Assembly: GCA_965219345.1 (NCBI GenBank)
Contig: OZ244732.1
Coordinates: 1,408,001 to 1,472,000, forward strand
DNA length: 64,000 nucleotides
Source: Nitrosopumilus sp.
GTDB lineage: Archaea > Thermoproteota > Nitrososphaeria > Nitrososphaerales > Nitrosopumilaceae
Direction of reading: 5' to 3'
In this document: one piece after another, positions 11,801 through 22,633 of the stretch
How the letters are laid out: the number at the start of each line of letters is the position of its first letter
How positions within the stretch are numbered: position 1 is the first letter of the stretch
Notes under the pieces: model-generated
Told to the model about the DNA's origin: nothing
The model's input: only the letters and a program-made list of their open reading frames with translations
The model's database searches: none
Translations under genes and position numbers: made by a program

Positions 11801-14800
11801 TGTCTGCTAATGAAATAAGCTTAATTTGGTCTGCCCCTGTTAATGATGGTGACTCTCCTGTTACAGGTTATCAAATTGAACGAAATCTGAATAGTGCAGG
11901 ATTTTCAGTGTTAGTTTCTGATACTGGTTCTATTTCTACAGACTTTCTTGATACAACACTTAGTGGTGGAGATACCGCAGAATACAGAACAAGTGCAATT
12001 AACGTGATTGGAACTGGTTCTGCATCAAGCTCTGCTACAGCGACAACACCATTACTCAATGATACTCCTGTAGTAACTATATCATCACCATCTGATGGTT
12101 CTGCATTTGATGATGATATCCCTAGAATAACATTTACAGCTAGCGCCACAGATGATACGGATGGGAATATCTCAGATGAGATCTCTTGGTCATCTAGTAT
12201 AAATGGAATGATTGGTACAGGCCGCTCTGTTGATGCAACACTAAGCGTTGGCACTCACAACATCACTGCAACTATTTCTGACTCTGCAAACAACACTGCA
12301 ACTGATGCAATATCTGTTAGAGTTCAAAACATACAAGAAAATATTGATTCGGGTACCGGAACTGGAAGTACATCGTTTGCCACTAATCTTGGAGAGTTTG
12401 CAGCAGTATCTGCTGTTTTAGAATCAACCCTGCCAGAGGATGGCAAGCCAGATGTAACATTTCCTGATGGGCTCTTTTCATGGAATGTAACGGGATTAGA
12501 TGCAGGGCAGAGAATTATAGTTGGCATTACTTTGCCAAATGATATACCTGCAAACTCTCAGTACTGGAAGGTAATTAATGATTCATGGGTTAATGCAACT
12601 AGCATACTTGGCTCTAGTGATGATGGCGACAATTCTATAACACTTGCAATAACTGATGGCAGTTCTTTTGATGCAGATGGTTTGGCAAACGGCCGCATCT
12701 CAGATCCTGGAGGAATTGCCATAATATCAACTGCAAACAACCCACCTGTAGCAACTAATGATGTATTTGTAATATCAGAGGATAATACCCTAACTGTGAA
12801 TGCCACATATGGCATACTAAGTAATGATTTAGATGAAAATGGAGATACACTTGCATCAATTATTAGTACTAATGTAACTCATGGTACCATCCTGTTACAT
12901 ACAAACGGCAGTTTTGCATACACTCCTAGTCTCAACTTTTTTGGAGCAGACACATTTACGTATTATGCAAGTGACGGAATGGCAAACTCCAATAACGCTA
13001 CTGTATCCATCTCTGTAACACCAGTAAATGACCCACCTGTTGCCAGAAATGATACCATCACAACTAACGAGGACACACCAATAACTATCTCTGTGTTAAA
13101 TAATGATTCAGATGTTGATGGGGATACACTAATTGTAACTGAAGAATCGGATGATGAATCCTACACCCCTATATCTTTTGAAGACTCTGATGATTTCTGG
13201 TTGAATACTTTTAGTTTCACAACAATGTTTGCTCAATACACATCTGTAATTGAAAATATTTTTGAAAACATACTGTTAGCACTAGTTCCTCAAATCTCTG
13301 CTACTGCTCATGACATTCCAAGTGTAACTGCAGATAAGATAGAATCCATGGAATATACAACAGATATCAATGACCAGATATACCAGCAAAACAAAGATAA
13401 AGTAAACCAAGCAAGACAGCAGATAAAGCAACTCAAAGAGGACTATAAAGAGATAGATGGTTCTCTAAAAGACAAAAGTAACCAATACGACATACAACAG
13501 AAACTATTACTCACAGCACAGCAAGACTTTGAGGATAATACCATAACAAGACAAGAGCTTGAAAAGGCAAACCAATCATTTCAAGATATACAAGATTCCA
13601 TGAATGCAGTTATCATTAATCATACCTCAAAGCAGCTAGAGATATCTGCCGTACAGTCATCGCTAAAAATCTCACCGGACATAAAGAAACTAATTGATGG
13701 AACAGACACACTAGAAAAACTAGATGAGAGATTCAAGAACATATTCAAAGATAGAACCGCTGATGGTGATATAATTGCAGAGCCCAAAATTCCTGTATAC
13801 ATTAGTGGTATGACAAACTCGTCTGATTTGTCAGGATATGAGGTGACAGCCATAACAGATGATATCACGGTACTAAAACTTACTCCCTCACAAATACAGG
13901 AACTATCCTTGAATAATAACATTAAAGAGATAAGACTGCCTGAAATATCAGAGCCACTCTCACATGATACATCGCAGGGAGTCTCTCTGAGTTATGCCAA
14001 TTTATTGCACTCTCAAGGAATAACTGGAAACGGTACCACAATAGCAATAATTGATGATTCCTTTGTGATTAATAATCCCGAGATTACAAATAATATAATA
14101 TCTCATAATTTGTTTGACTCTGCAGGATTCTGCGGTGATATATCATGTCGTAAAACATTTGGCAACTCTCATGGCACTACAGTAGCTGAAATTATAGTTG
14201 ATATGGCCCCTGATGTCAATTTGGTATTATACACAATTGCAAATACAGTCGACTTTGTCAATGCCATAAATGACATAATCAGCAGGGGAGATGTTGATGC
14301 AATTAATGTCTCACTTGGATTTCCAACTGCTGGCGGTGATGGAACTACTGGATATTTCCGTGATGGAACAAGTATAGTTGCAAAGGCTGCAAACAAGGCA
14401 AGTGATGCCGGAATTCTGGTAACTGTAGCATCAGGCAATGATGCCCAAAGACACTGGATGGGATTATACAGTATCAGCAGTACCATATCACCTCAGATGC
14501 TTGGACTAACCAACCATCAAAGTGTGATGGAGTTCAGGCCAGCAGAGTCTGGACTATACAAGGCATGCCTGCCCATCAATCATGCAGGATGGACCGTATC
14601 TTCTTGGAATGCATGGAACTCTACTAATAATGACTATGATCTGTTTTTGTTTGATAGTGCCATGACTGGAATAGTTCGATATTCTGCTACAAACCAGCAG
14701 ACTATTCCCTCATCACCAATTGAGGTAATATCTGATGGTAGGGGATTTTCGGGATGTCTTGTGGTATCATCTGCAAACAGCACAGAAAACCATCTATTTC

Positions 14801-17800
14801 ACATTACTGCAGTAGGTGGCGGCATACCAAACAATTACATCAGCGCATCCAGTGTATCAACGCCTGCTGATGCTGCAGGTGCATTAACAGTCGGTGCCAT
14901 AAACCATAACACAAATACTTTGGAGTCATTTTCATCGCAGGGCCCAACTGATACTGGTACAACAAAGCCTGAGATATGCGGACCTGACGGTGTATCATCG
15001 CATCAATCTTTACTGAATCCCTTCCTTGGAACATCAGCATCTGCACCTCACATAGCAGGAGCTGCTGCTCTCATAAAACAAGCACAACCTAGTCTTTCAT
15101 TAACAGAGTTACAAAACAGACTTGCTCATAATACAGTATTTGATGAATCATATTCAGTTGATAATATCTGTGGTGCTAATTCCGGATTGGTATCTGTACG
15201 AGGAATAGAGATCATTCCTGGAGAAGATACTAGTGGCAGCAGCAGTAGTACTAGAAGTGGTACTGACCAAAGCACTGGAGAATCATTATCAATTCTAACA
15301 ATTACAAATCCCGTACATGGCACTGCCATTATCAATCTGAATAACACCATAACGTATTCTCCTGATACCAACTATTTTGGTGAAGACACATTTACCTATA
15401 CCTTATCTGATGGAAACGGTGGCGCAGACGCTGCAACAGTTACTGTAACTGTAACTCCAGTTAATGATGTACCTGTAGCGATTAGTAAATCAGTTATGAC
15501 CTCGCAGGATATGCCGCTACTAGTTACCCTTTCTGGTACTGATAATGATAATGACACACTGGTATTTAGTATAATGAATCCTGCAAACGGCACATTAGGT
15601 AGCAGTATGACAGCAGTTAATGCAACATCATCTACTGTTTTGTACACTCCAAATTCTGGATTCTCAGGGACTGATTCATTTACATTTGTAGTGTATGATG
15701 GAACCATCACATCACAGCATGGCACCATATCAATTACCATCATAACAGATGATACTGTACCATCTGTGATGCAGAAACTGGTTCCAGCAAATGCACTACC
15801 ATTTGATTCCTTTGGAGCATCTATCAGCATTTATGGGGATGCCCTAATAGTTGGCGCAGCACTTGATGGTGGAAATGGTCCAGGCTCTGTATATGTATTT
15901 GAGAATAATGGAACTGCATGGAATCAAAACACAACTCTTATCCAGAATAATCCAGTACGATTTGACAGGTTTGGAGAATCACTAGACATCTATAACCATA
16001 CATTATTTGTCGGATTTTCTGAAGATGACAACCAAAATGGCAGAAATGCCGGTTCTGCATATGTCTTTGAGAATAATGGAACTGCATGGAATAATATGGG
16101 TATATTGACCCCGGATGATGGATACTCCTATCAGAGATTTGGCAGTACAGTCTCTGTGTATAATGATACGGCAATACTTGGAGTTCCATATAGTGGTGTG
16201 TCTGGATATGGTTCTGGTGCAGCATATGTCTTTGAGCGAGACACTCAAGGAGGAATATGGCTCCAGACTGCAAAGATAATACCTGATATTGGGTATCGCC
16301 AGGAATACTTTGGATCCTCAGTTGCAATGTATGATGGAGTAATAGCAGTAGGCTCTCTGAGTGATAGAGGTACTAATTCAGGTTCTGTGAGAGTGTTTGA
16401 AAAAAACACTAATGGCACATGGAGCCAAACCCAGAAACTCTTCCCAGAAAATAACGATCGACGTCTTGGATACTCTATTAGCATGGATGCAGAAACACTA
16501 GTTGCATCATCGGAATTTTATGATTACAATTCAGATAGTATGGCAGGTACAATATACACATTTGAAAAGGGAATAAACAATGAATGGAGCAGAACAGACA
16601 GACTGCTTCCGGATGAGCATATTCCGGGAGACTCTTTTGGGTACTCTGTATCTTTATCTGGAGATAAGATGATAGTTGGCACTCCAAACTTTTTATCGTA
16701 TGGTTCTGCATCAAGTGGATTTGATTCTGCATATACCTTTGAGAATAATGGAACTGCATGGAATAACACTGCAAGAATTACTCCAAGTGATGGACTGCAT
16801 GATGACTTTGGCAAGGCAGTCTCCATGTATGGCAATACAGCACTAGTTGGCATTCCATATGATACAGTCAATGGTATACGTAGTGGCTCAGTCAATGTAT
16901 ACTCTGGGGAATTTGAGTCCTTTGATACATCTGAATCATCATCCAGTCGCGCTCAGTCATTATATAATTTGAATAATAATAATAATAATAATAATAATAC
17001 ATCATCATACCATATCCTTCCAAAAGAGTTTTCAGCAAGAATTAATGGCATATCCTTTGATTCAAACATATCTAGTATTTACTTGGATGATCAATATTCC
17101 AATAGATTCATCATAACTAACACACAAAGCATTGGGGCAGGAAATAACACTGCAACAATACTTGAGATTATGGATATTGGCGCATCAGATGCTATACTAC
17201 CAGAGAATATCACATTTGTCCTGATTAGTAATGATGATAACCCAGAAGAACTCTTTACTGTTCCACTAGATATCATAAATGAGAGACTATACTGTGGAAA
17301 TGCAATATCTCATTATAATTCCATAATGTATGGAACTGCACAAGATGACACCATAACTGGAAGCGTGTTATCTGATCTAATTTTGGGATATGGTGGCAGT
17401 GATACCATTGATGGTGCAATGGGTAATGATTGCATATATGGTGGACCAGGAGATGATGTTATTGATGGTGGAATGGGTGATGATGTAATTTATGGCGGCC
17501 CAGGAGATGACACCATTAATGGTGGACCAGGAGATGATAATTTGATCAGTAAACAAGGCAATGATATCATTCATGGTGCAATGGATGATGATAATATCTT
17601 TGGCAGTGCTGCGATACAAAATAATTATAACAACATTAATGGGGCAATCTCCTCCCATAATGGCACCTCATCTATTCTACCATACCAATCAATTGCAGAA
17701 GGTACAATAACAGATGATAACACATCAAATGATGCAATAACAGATGATACAATTACAGTAACTGATGCTGATTCTGCACTATCTGCAATTATTTACTCTG

Positions 17801-18924
17801 CGGTTAATGTAAATGCAACACTTGATTATAGTCGTCTGCTTGTAGGTGATACCATTACAACTAGTCACATCAACATAACTGCAACAGGCATTGTAGGAGG
17901 AGATGTATCAGTTATGTTTACAAATACAACTGCCATTACTGGACCTGCAGGATTTGATGGAATTATTAATCTGCCAAAAGACCTGGGGGTCAGATGTACA
18001 GATATTACCCCCACTCGTGGAACTCTGGTATCCTGTATTGATATTGGGCAAAGCGATACTGCATTGTTCTTGGATAAACCTGCACGAATATCATTGAGTG
18101 GACAATCAGGGAACATACCTTGGTTTGCACAAGATGGTACAACAAGTGAAATAACTGCAACATGTAATGCTGATTCCATATATGATATTACGACACAACT
18201 AATCTCAGCAAATAATAGTAATAGTATATCTGGTGAGTGCTTTATTGATGTGGGTGAGGATCTAGTTATTTGGACTGCTCACTTTACGGCATTTGGCTCT
18301 AGTGTATTGCCATCAGTTAATGGCGGCAGCTCTTCAGGTGAATCAACTCACATAACTCAGATATATGACGGCTATTCCTATATGCCATACACTGATGGAA
18401 TCACCATAAACACAGACACACCAAGATTCAGGGGAGAGTCCAGTGGATATGACTCTGTAACTCTGCAGGTCAGAGACTCTGAGGGAATCTTGACTCAGAT
18501 TGGTCAGGGTACCTCTGTAAGAGATGACGGCTCATTTCAGCGAGGCAGAACCGTGTTGGATGATGGCACATATGTGATTCTTGTAGGTACTCAAGAGCTT
18601 GGCACCATAATTATTGACAGCAATCATATTCCTGTATCAACTGCTCAGATAACTCAGATATATGACGGTACAAGATATGTTGCATTTGTTGACGGAATCG
18701 CCATAAACACAGACACACCAAAATTCAGGGGAGCAAGTTCTGGCATATCATCGGTTCAGGTTTTAATTAACGGCACACAGGTAGGCGGCAATGCAATCTT
18801 TGATGATGGTACTTTTAAAAAGGGATGGAGAAACGGCCCACTTGGTAATGGCATTTACTTGCTAACTATTAACAATGAAGGTATGGAATTGTTCTCATCT
18901 ACTATAACAATTGATATGCCGTGA
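8839..18924 (+). CDS. Giant (3361 aa) secreted multi-domain protein: HEXXH metallopeptidase, FN3/Ig, cadherin-like repeats, S8 subtilase, FG-GAP propeller, RTX-like Ca-binding repeats
   Basis: Signal peptide; HEYAH...WIEGW; PDPPTNL FN3; NxPPVAxND/F.YTP..NF.G.DTFTY cadherin-like units; S8 triad IIDDSF / SHGT / GTSASAPH; FGxSV..GA repeats; GGPGDD nonamers. Confidence 0.9.
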   Translation: MLELDKQIILSVFLSLILVIGSTSLSFAEFSTNSIILQNTDTINHEHAFSEKFTDKRIITTYDLKSKPFGGINSQCSNWPVFSIDTPSQVTIGTEFDVILDYTFVIPDVDAGYEDPDAILEQELFTVCNMGSIYLIYPEHAEIVDAGYVHYITRTDDNWDPPLVINSGKIAYSFDNTAPQSKTITMKINEPSPFDDRSFFDISMDANNVRRYISINGDVVTLSENVPPQPLSAISSSLSVDTSSTKTWVGDYANKTGTVKLVNRNQLPQNEPPVELFADFLKEYYPDENYEEFLSSMNYSNEYIDQLMYDRPDLDTQSFTSVFNFTLPSIFSQGPPPFGFVTGTVENYDSIGVLEPVNGAKVCALDFNVGIGYSSDELFNGSTPICDITDINGDFSFAVPLTDTEGDGTTPDLIMNIKADNGKFNIGRDLVDRETSEEIFTTFTGVDDDVQIDITSVYFDYGTFTINQGSIISEVMWVQNTLQSTYDWYLDTLQYDVPPVIINWDPFACQGVGIFPGTDEIFIDSSTTRMDTYCGIPNSVLDHPDTIRHEYAHHTHIQIYQDLGSAFPLLNCPNNHSAVTPGGDSGCAWIEGWSSFVPLAIDNDPNYEAAGIVGIIDYENRVFPPDPKFEGLPWIDGINGEGSVTAALYDLVDTNNEGGDDRSNLLPDIWATFTDPLEVGSETIIAENILEYVEDWQDSNRPDLQSTFEHNTILDPIIVVPPVLGTLDSFLDDFERSDDNFPDWTEIGEWGTDTPEERNGDLPANSIRVAHIQNCIPDCSLTMNDAVNLSQYDSATLSLYRWLENSIDTTDFLKVEASGDDGQNWDTLVTWSEESDDEIWHFETFDLASYIDSTAFQVRFVVSSSFTEEVEIDHVLIEGTSADTTSPNITINSPQNGAILTQSTFTVSGIASDSESGIIQVQISIDGGPQQTAIGTTLWSIIVSGLSTGQHTIVMRATNGEGLETNTSILVTVSTVPDPPTNLLANVVSANEISLIWSAPVNDGDSPVTGYQIERNLNSAGFSVLVSDTGSISTDFLDTTLSGGDTAEYRTSAINVIGTGSASSSATATTPLLNDTPVVTISSPSDGSAFDDDIPRITFTASATDDTDGNISDEISWSSSINGMIGTGRSVDATLSVGTHNITATISDSANNTATDAISVRVQNIQENIDSGTGTGSTSFATNLGEFAAVSAVLESTLPEDGKPDVTFPDGLFSWNVTGLDAGQRIIVGITLPNDIPANSQYWKVINDSWVNATSILGSSDDGDNSITLAITDGSSFDADGLANGRISDPGGIAIISTANNPPVATNDVFVISEDNTLTVNATYGILSNDLDENGDTLASIISTNVTHGTILLHTNGSFAYTPSLNFFGADTFTYYASDGMANSNNATVSISVTPVNDPPVARNDTITTNEDTPITISVLNNDSDVDGDTLIVTEESDDESYTPISFEDSDDFWLNTFSFTTMFAQYTSVIENIFENILLALVPQISATAHDIPSVTADKIESMEYTTDINDQIYQQNKDKVNQARQQIKQLKEDYKEIDGSLKDKSNQYDIQQKLLLTAQQDFEDNTITRQELEKANQSFQDIQDSMNAVIINHTSKQLEISAVQSSLKISPDIKKLIDGTDTLEKLDERFKNIFKDRTADGDIIAEPKIPVYISGMTNSSDLSGYEVTAITDDITVLKLTPSQIQELSLNNNIKEIRLPEISEPLSHDTSQGVSLSYANLLHSQGITGNGTTIAIIDDSFVINNPEITNNIISHNLFDSAGFCGDISCRKTFGNSHGTTVAEIIVDMAPDVNLVLYTIANTVDFVNAINDIISRGDVDAINVSLGFPTAGGDGTTGYFRDGTSIVAKAANKASDAGILVTVASGNDAQRHWMGLYSISSTISPQMLGLTNHQSVMEFRPAESGLYKACLPINHAGWTVSSWNAWNSTNNDYDLFLFDSAMTGIVRYSATNQQTIPSSPIEVISDGRGFSGCLVVSSANSTENHLFHITAVGGGIPNNYISASSVSTPADAAGALTVGAINHNTNTLESFSSQGPTDTGTTKPEICGPDGVSSHQSLLNPFLGTSASAPHIAGAAALIKQAQPSLSLTELQNRLAHNTVFDESYSVDNICGANSGLVSVRGIEIIPGEDTSGSSSSTRSGTDQSTGESLSILTITNPVHGTAIINLNNTITYSPDTNYFGEDTFTYTLSDGNGGADAATVTVTVTPVNDVPVAISKSVMTSQDMPLLVTLSGTDNDNDTLVFSIMNPANGTLGSSMTAVNATSSTVLYTPNSGFSGTDSFTFVVYDGTITSQHGTISITIITDDTVPSVMQKLVPANALPFDSFGASISIYGDALIVGAALDGGNGPGSVYVFENNGTAWNQNTTLIQNNPVRFDRFGESLDIYNHTLFVGFSEDDNQNGRNAGSAYVFENNGTAWNNMGILTPDDGYSYQRFGSTVSVYNDTAILGVPYSGVSGYGSGAAYVFERDTQGGIWLQTAKIIPDIGYRQEYFGSSVAMYDGVIAVGSLSDRGTNSGSVRVFEKNTNGTWSQTQKLFPENNDRRLGYSISMDAETLVASSEFYDYNSDSMAGTIYTFEKGINNEWSRTDRLLPDEHIPGDSFGYSVSLSGDKMIVGTPNFLSYGSASSGFDSAYTFENNGTAWNNTARITPSDGLHDDFGKAVSMYGNTALVGIPYDTVNGIRSGSVNVYSGEFESFDTSESSSSRAQSLYNLNNNNNNNNNTSSYHILPKEFSARINGISFDSNISSIYLDDQYSNRFIITNTQSIGAGNNTATILEIMDIGASDAILPENITFVLISNDDNPEELFTVPLDIINERLYCGNAISHYNSIMYGTAQDDTITGSVLSDLILGYGGSDTIDGAMGNDCIYGGPGDDVIDGGMGDDVIYGGPGDDTINGGPGDDNLISKQGNDIIHGAMDDDNIFGSAAIQNNYNNINGAISSHNGTSSILPYQSIAEGTITDDNTSNDAITDDTITVTDADSALSAIIYSAVNVNATLDYSRLLVGDTITTSHINITATGIVGGDVSVMFTNTTAITGPAGFDGIINLPKDLGVRCTDITPTRGTLVSCIDIGQSDTALFLDKPARISLSGQSGNIPWFAQDGTTSEITATCNADSIYDITTQLISANNSNSISGECFIDVGEDLVIWTAHFTAFGSSVLPSVNGGSSSGESTHITQIYDGYSYMPYTDGITINTDTPRFRGESSGYDSVTLQVRDSEGILTQIGQGTSVRDDGSFQRGRTVLDDGTYVILVGTQELGTIIIDSNHIPVSTAQITQIYDGTRYVAFVDGIAINTDTPKFRGASSGISSVQVLINGTQVGGNAIFDDGTFKKGWRNGPLGNGIYLLTINNEGMELFSSTITIDMP
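16972..16998 (+). repeat. (AAT)9 microsatellite encoding a poly-Asn linker
   Basis: Direct reading. Confidence 0.9.
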
Positions 18925-19044
18925 CTGTTTTCCAATTTCTCATTTAGGGCCAAAGATCACAAAAATATAGAATAGAGATTATGCATAATCCCTCCAAACC
19001 CCACGCCGATAAGTTAGATCAGACACGATCATACCACATGTCAA

Positions 19045-19140
19045 ATGCCAGATTCATCTGATCAAACCATACGCCAGCTGCAACAGGAGATCAAAAAACT
19101 AAAGAAGACTCTGGGGCAGAAAGGCAAGGAGCTGGATCTT
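19045..19140 (+). pseudogene. Transposase N-terminal fragment (possibly IS66-like coiled coil)
   Basis: MPDSSDQTIRQLQQEIKKLKKTL leader that breaks off at the opposing IS630 fragment. Confidence 0.35.
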
Positions 19141-19351
19141 GAGCGCGGCCTGCAAGACCCTCCTCGTCATAGCGCTGCAGCCAGCTCGTTACTGTGTGCG
19201 GGTCGCAGTAGCACAGCTCTGCTGTCTGCGTTGGCGTCAGTCCGCTGACCTTGACCATGCACACGATGTGGATCCTTTCCTTTACGCCGACTCACTTCTC
19301 CTTTTTGTAGGCCCGTACCAACAGGTCTTGTTCTTCTTGGTCCATGGACAT
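19140..19351 (-). pseudogene. IS630 transposase HTH fragment
   Basis: Manual translation MDQEEQDLLVRAYKKEK*VGVKERIHIVCMV...TAELCYCDPHTVTSWLQRYDEEGL. Confidence 0.7.
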
Positions 19352-19513
19352 GGCACTGCGCGGTGATCAAAGAGCATTGCGGTCAAGAAAATTCATGCAA
19401 AAGACTTTTACTCGTCAGTGTAAGCTAACAGAGCCGATAAAAAAATTGATTTAAACTGGATGTTTGGTAAACTTAAAACTTCTTAACCTCAATACTGTTC
19501 ATGACATTTACTA

Positions 19514-21169
19514 ATGAGCAAAAAAGCTATCATTACAAGTGCTTTACCTTATGCAAACGGGGAAATCCACTTAGGACATGTTGCATCAACTTATCTTCCT
19601 GCAGATGTTACAACTAGATTCTTAAAACTAAATGGAGTAGAGGCTTACTATGTTTGTGCATCCGATGATTTTGGAACCCCAATCCTAATTCAATCAGAAA
19701 AAGAAGGAAAAACACCTGCTGAATACGTTGCACACTGGAATAAGCGTGATTACGATGATTTTTCTGCATTTAACATTGAATTTGATTATTTTTACAAGAC
19801 TAGTTCTACTGAAAATATTGCATTTGTTCAAGAAGTTTTCAAAAAACTAAATGATGCTGGTCATATCTATGAACAAGAAATTATTCAATTCTATTGCAAT
19901 AATGACAAGAAATTCTTACCTGACAGATATGTTAAAGGTACCTGTCCTTATTGCCAAGCAGAAGACCAATATTCTGATCTTTGTGAACGTTGTGGCCGAG
20001 TTCCTGAAGAAATTACTAATCCAAAATGTTCTCTTTGTGGTCAACCACCAACTAAAGAAAAAACAAAACACTACTTTTTCAAACTCAAAAACTTTGCTGA
20101 TTCATTATCTAAATGGCTAGATGAAAATCAAAACCTTCAAAAAGATGTCAAAAAATATGTTCAAAACTGGATTAAGTCTGGTTTAATTGATTGGGATATC
20201 ACTCGAGATATTTCGTGGGGTGTTCCTGTACCACTTGATAATGCAAAAGACAAGGTCTTCTATGGTTGGTTTGATAACCATTTGGCATACATATCAACTG
20301 CAATAAAATTTCTAAACGATAAAGGACTTGACGGAAAAGAATTTTGGAATTCAGCTGATATTTATCATTTTATTGGAAAAGACATTGTGTATCATCATTT
20401 TCTTTTCTTACCTGCAATGAGATTAGGAATGAACAGTGAGTACAAATTGCCTGATTACATTCCTACTAGAGGTCATCTAACACTACAATCAAAGAAAATT
20501 TCTAAAAGTAGAAATTGGTACATCAGTCTAAAAGAATTCTTGAATTATTATCCTGCCGACTATCTTAGATATTATTTGGTATCGATTAATCCGTATTCTC
20601 AAGATGACTTGAATTTTGATTGGAATGATTTTATTACACGGATTAATTCGGAACTAATTGGAAATCTTGGAAATTTTGTTAACCGTGCTCTAGGATTTGC
20701 TCAAAAAGCATTTGATGGAAAAGTTCCTGAAGTAGAATCATTTGATGAAAAAGATTCTGAGGCAGAACAAAAAATCAAAAATCTTGCAACTGATATAGGC
20801 TCACTTATGGAGCAGAATCATCTTGATAGATCTTTGAAGAAAATAATGGAATTTTCATCATTTTTTAATCAATATTTTCAGCATAAAGAGCCTTGGAAAA
20901 ATGGACCTGGTACTACAAATTGTGTATTCCTTTCAGCTAATGCTGTTCGAAGTTTAGCAATTGCTGTGTTTCCATTTATTCCAGAATCTGCTCAAAAAAT
21001 TTGGCAACAATTAGGATTTGATGGGAATGTTAATGATTCCTCTTGGGGTGATATCTCTGTTTTAGGAATCCCTTCTGGACATACTTTGGGTGAGGCTTCT
21101 CCATTGTTTGCAAAAGTCGAGGATTCTGACATTGAACAGTATAAAAAACAACTAGGTCCATCTGAATGA
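19514..21169 (+). CDS. metG: Methionyl-tRNA synthetase
   Basis: TSALPYANG, HLGH, Zn-knuckle CxxC pairs, KISKS. Confidence 0.98.
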   Translation: MSKKAIITSALPYANGEIHLGHVASTYLPADVTTRFLKLNGVEAYYVCASDDFGTPILIQSEKEGKTPAEYVAHWNKRDYDDFSAFNIEFDYFYKTSSTENIAFVQEVFKKLNDAGHIYEQEIIQFYCNNDKKFLPDRYVKGTCPYCQAEDQYSDLCERCGRVPEEITNPKCSLCGQPPTKEKTKHYFFKLKNFADSLSKWLDENQNLQKDVKKYVQNWIKSGLIDWDITRDISWGVPVPLDNAKDKVFYGWFDNHLAYISTAIKFLNDKGLDGKEFWNSADIYHFIGKDIVYHHFLFLPAMRLGMNSEYKLPDYIPTRGHLTLQSKKISKSRNWYISLKEFLNYYPADYLRYYLVSINPYSQDDLNFDWNDFITRINSELIGNLGNFVNRALGFAQKAFDGKVPEVESFDEKDSEAEQKIKNLATDIGSLMEQNHLDRSLKKIMEFSSFFNQYFQHKEPWKNGPGTTNCVFLSANAVRSLAIAVFPFIPESAQKIWQQLGFDGNVNDSSWGDISVLGIPSGHTLGEASPLFAKVEDSDIEQYKKQLGPSE

Positions 21170-21924
21170 AAATGAAACCTGTTAGTCGAATTTCTACTAG
21201 AGGATATTATGATCTAACTACTGGAAAAACCATTAAAACCACTTCTTATCATCTATATCCGAAAAAAGATTTTGAAAAATTAATTGGATCAAAAGAACTT
21301 GTAATAATGATTCATGGTTTGCAAAATGATAATGCAGGGGCAGTTGCCAAAATCGTCTTAGCAAAAAATCGGTTACATAGATTAGAATATCGTCATCCTG
21401 TAATTGGTTTTAGCTATGATTCAAACACTACAGGTGCTCATTTAATCACACGTGCAAAACATGCACTTGCAGTTGGTCAAATAATTGCAAAGAAAAATGG
21501 ACGTAATCTTGGAAAATTCATTGAAGATTTCAAAACCACTAGCCCAAAAACAAAGATTCGGTTAATGGGACATTCTTTGGGCTCTCAAGTAATATTGAGT
21601 ACTGTTGAATATCTTGCAAAAAAGAAACAAAATTTGGGAATTATTGATAGTGTCTATTTTTTTGGTGCATCCATCACTGAAAATATTCCATCTTCAAAAA
21701 AATACGGTAAAATCTTACAATCTATTATCAATAAAAAAATCATAAATTACTATGCACCAACAGATGAGATTCTTTATTGGGCTGATAAGGCAAATTATGT
21801 CCCTGAACCACTCGGTCTTAAAGGTGCAATTGGGATACCAGTCAGTAAATATCGTCAAAAACTAGTAAAACCACGAAATCATAGATTTGCCAGTTATGCT
21901 GCAGTATTAAACTCGTTTCCATAG
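21166..21924 (+). CDS. Alpha/beta hydrolase (DUF726/DUF900-like)
   Basis: IMIHG and GHSLG nucleophile elbow. Confidence 0.8.
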   Translation: MKMKPVSRISTRGYYDLTTGKTIKTTSYHLYPKKDFEKLIGSKELVIMIHGLQNDNAGAVAKIVLAKNRLHRLEYRHPVIGFSYDSNTTGAHLITRAKHALAVGQIIAKKNGRNLGKFIEDFKTTSPKTKIRLMGHSLGSQVILSTVEYLAKKKQNLGIIDSVYFFGASITENIPSSKKYGKILQSIINKKIINYYAPTDEILYWADKANYVPEPLGLKGAIGIPVSKYRQKLVKPRNHRFASYAAVLNSFP

Positions 21925-22159
21925 ACTATGAGTGTAGTACAAGTCATACGTCAGTCTTTTATAGAATGATGAAGTTCATACTTTATTATGAAATCTAGAA
22001 TGTGTGCTTCATGTAGTAGTAAATCTATATTGTATCATCTACACATTTTAGATGAAACATCTGAAGTTTATGTAGATCTTTCAGAATACCCTTGTTAGTT
22101 TTTTTTGGTTTTTAATTTTAATAAAAATATTTAGTCATAATTGCTAGATTTTTTATATC

Positions 22160-22620
22160 TTATATTGTATTATTTAATACAGTGCCCTCTCCTTTTTCCC
22201 AAGATAGATCAAATAATGAACTCATCATATCTACTAATGTCTCAGAGTTTGACCACCATGCAAAGATTTGTCTTGATGGATGTGTTGCATTTCGCACAAA
22301 GATGAGAACCTCTTTTTTGTCATTAATAATGAAACACTTGTTTTCTGCATTTGATAGAATTACTTTAATCTTGTCTGAATCAAGGTCTGATAAAAATTCC
22401 GGAGTTTTGTTTAATGGTGAAACAATCATTTTGAGATTTGTTGGGGGAACTTTCTATCCAATCAAGTACATCTGAATGATACATTCTTAGTAAATCTACT
22501 ACGCTACCGTAAATTCTGAAATCCTCAGAGCTTGTACTCACTTCAATCTTGTGACAAGCCACTATAACATCACTGCATTAAACCACCAAGTGCAGTATGC
22601 ACTTTCTAATTTTTATATAT
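22160..22620 (-). pseudogene. TrmB-family regulator C-terminal remnant, truncated at the island border
   Basis: CFIINDKKEVLIF...AWWSNSETLVDMMSSLFDLSW resembles the TrmB effector domain; frameshifted, and the 5' part is replaced by the IS6 end at 22634. Confidence 0.6.
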
Positions 22621-22633
22621 TTTTTCTAAAAAA

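Noticed and set aside
9085-18179. Numerous antisense ORFs within the giant gene, and similar shadow ORFs over core and IS genes
   Set aside because: They overlap well-supported genes on the other strand or frame and have no motifs.
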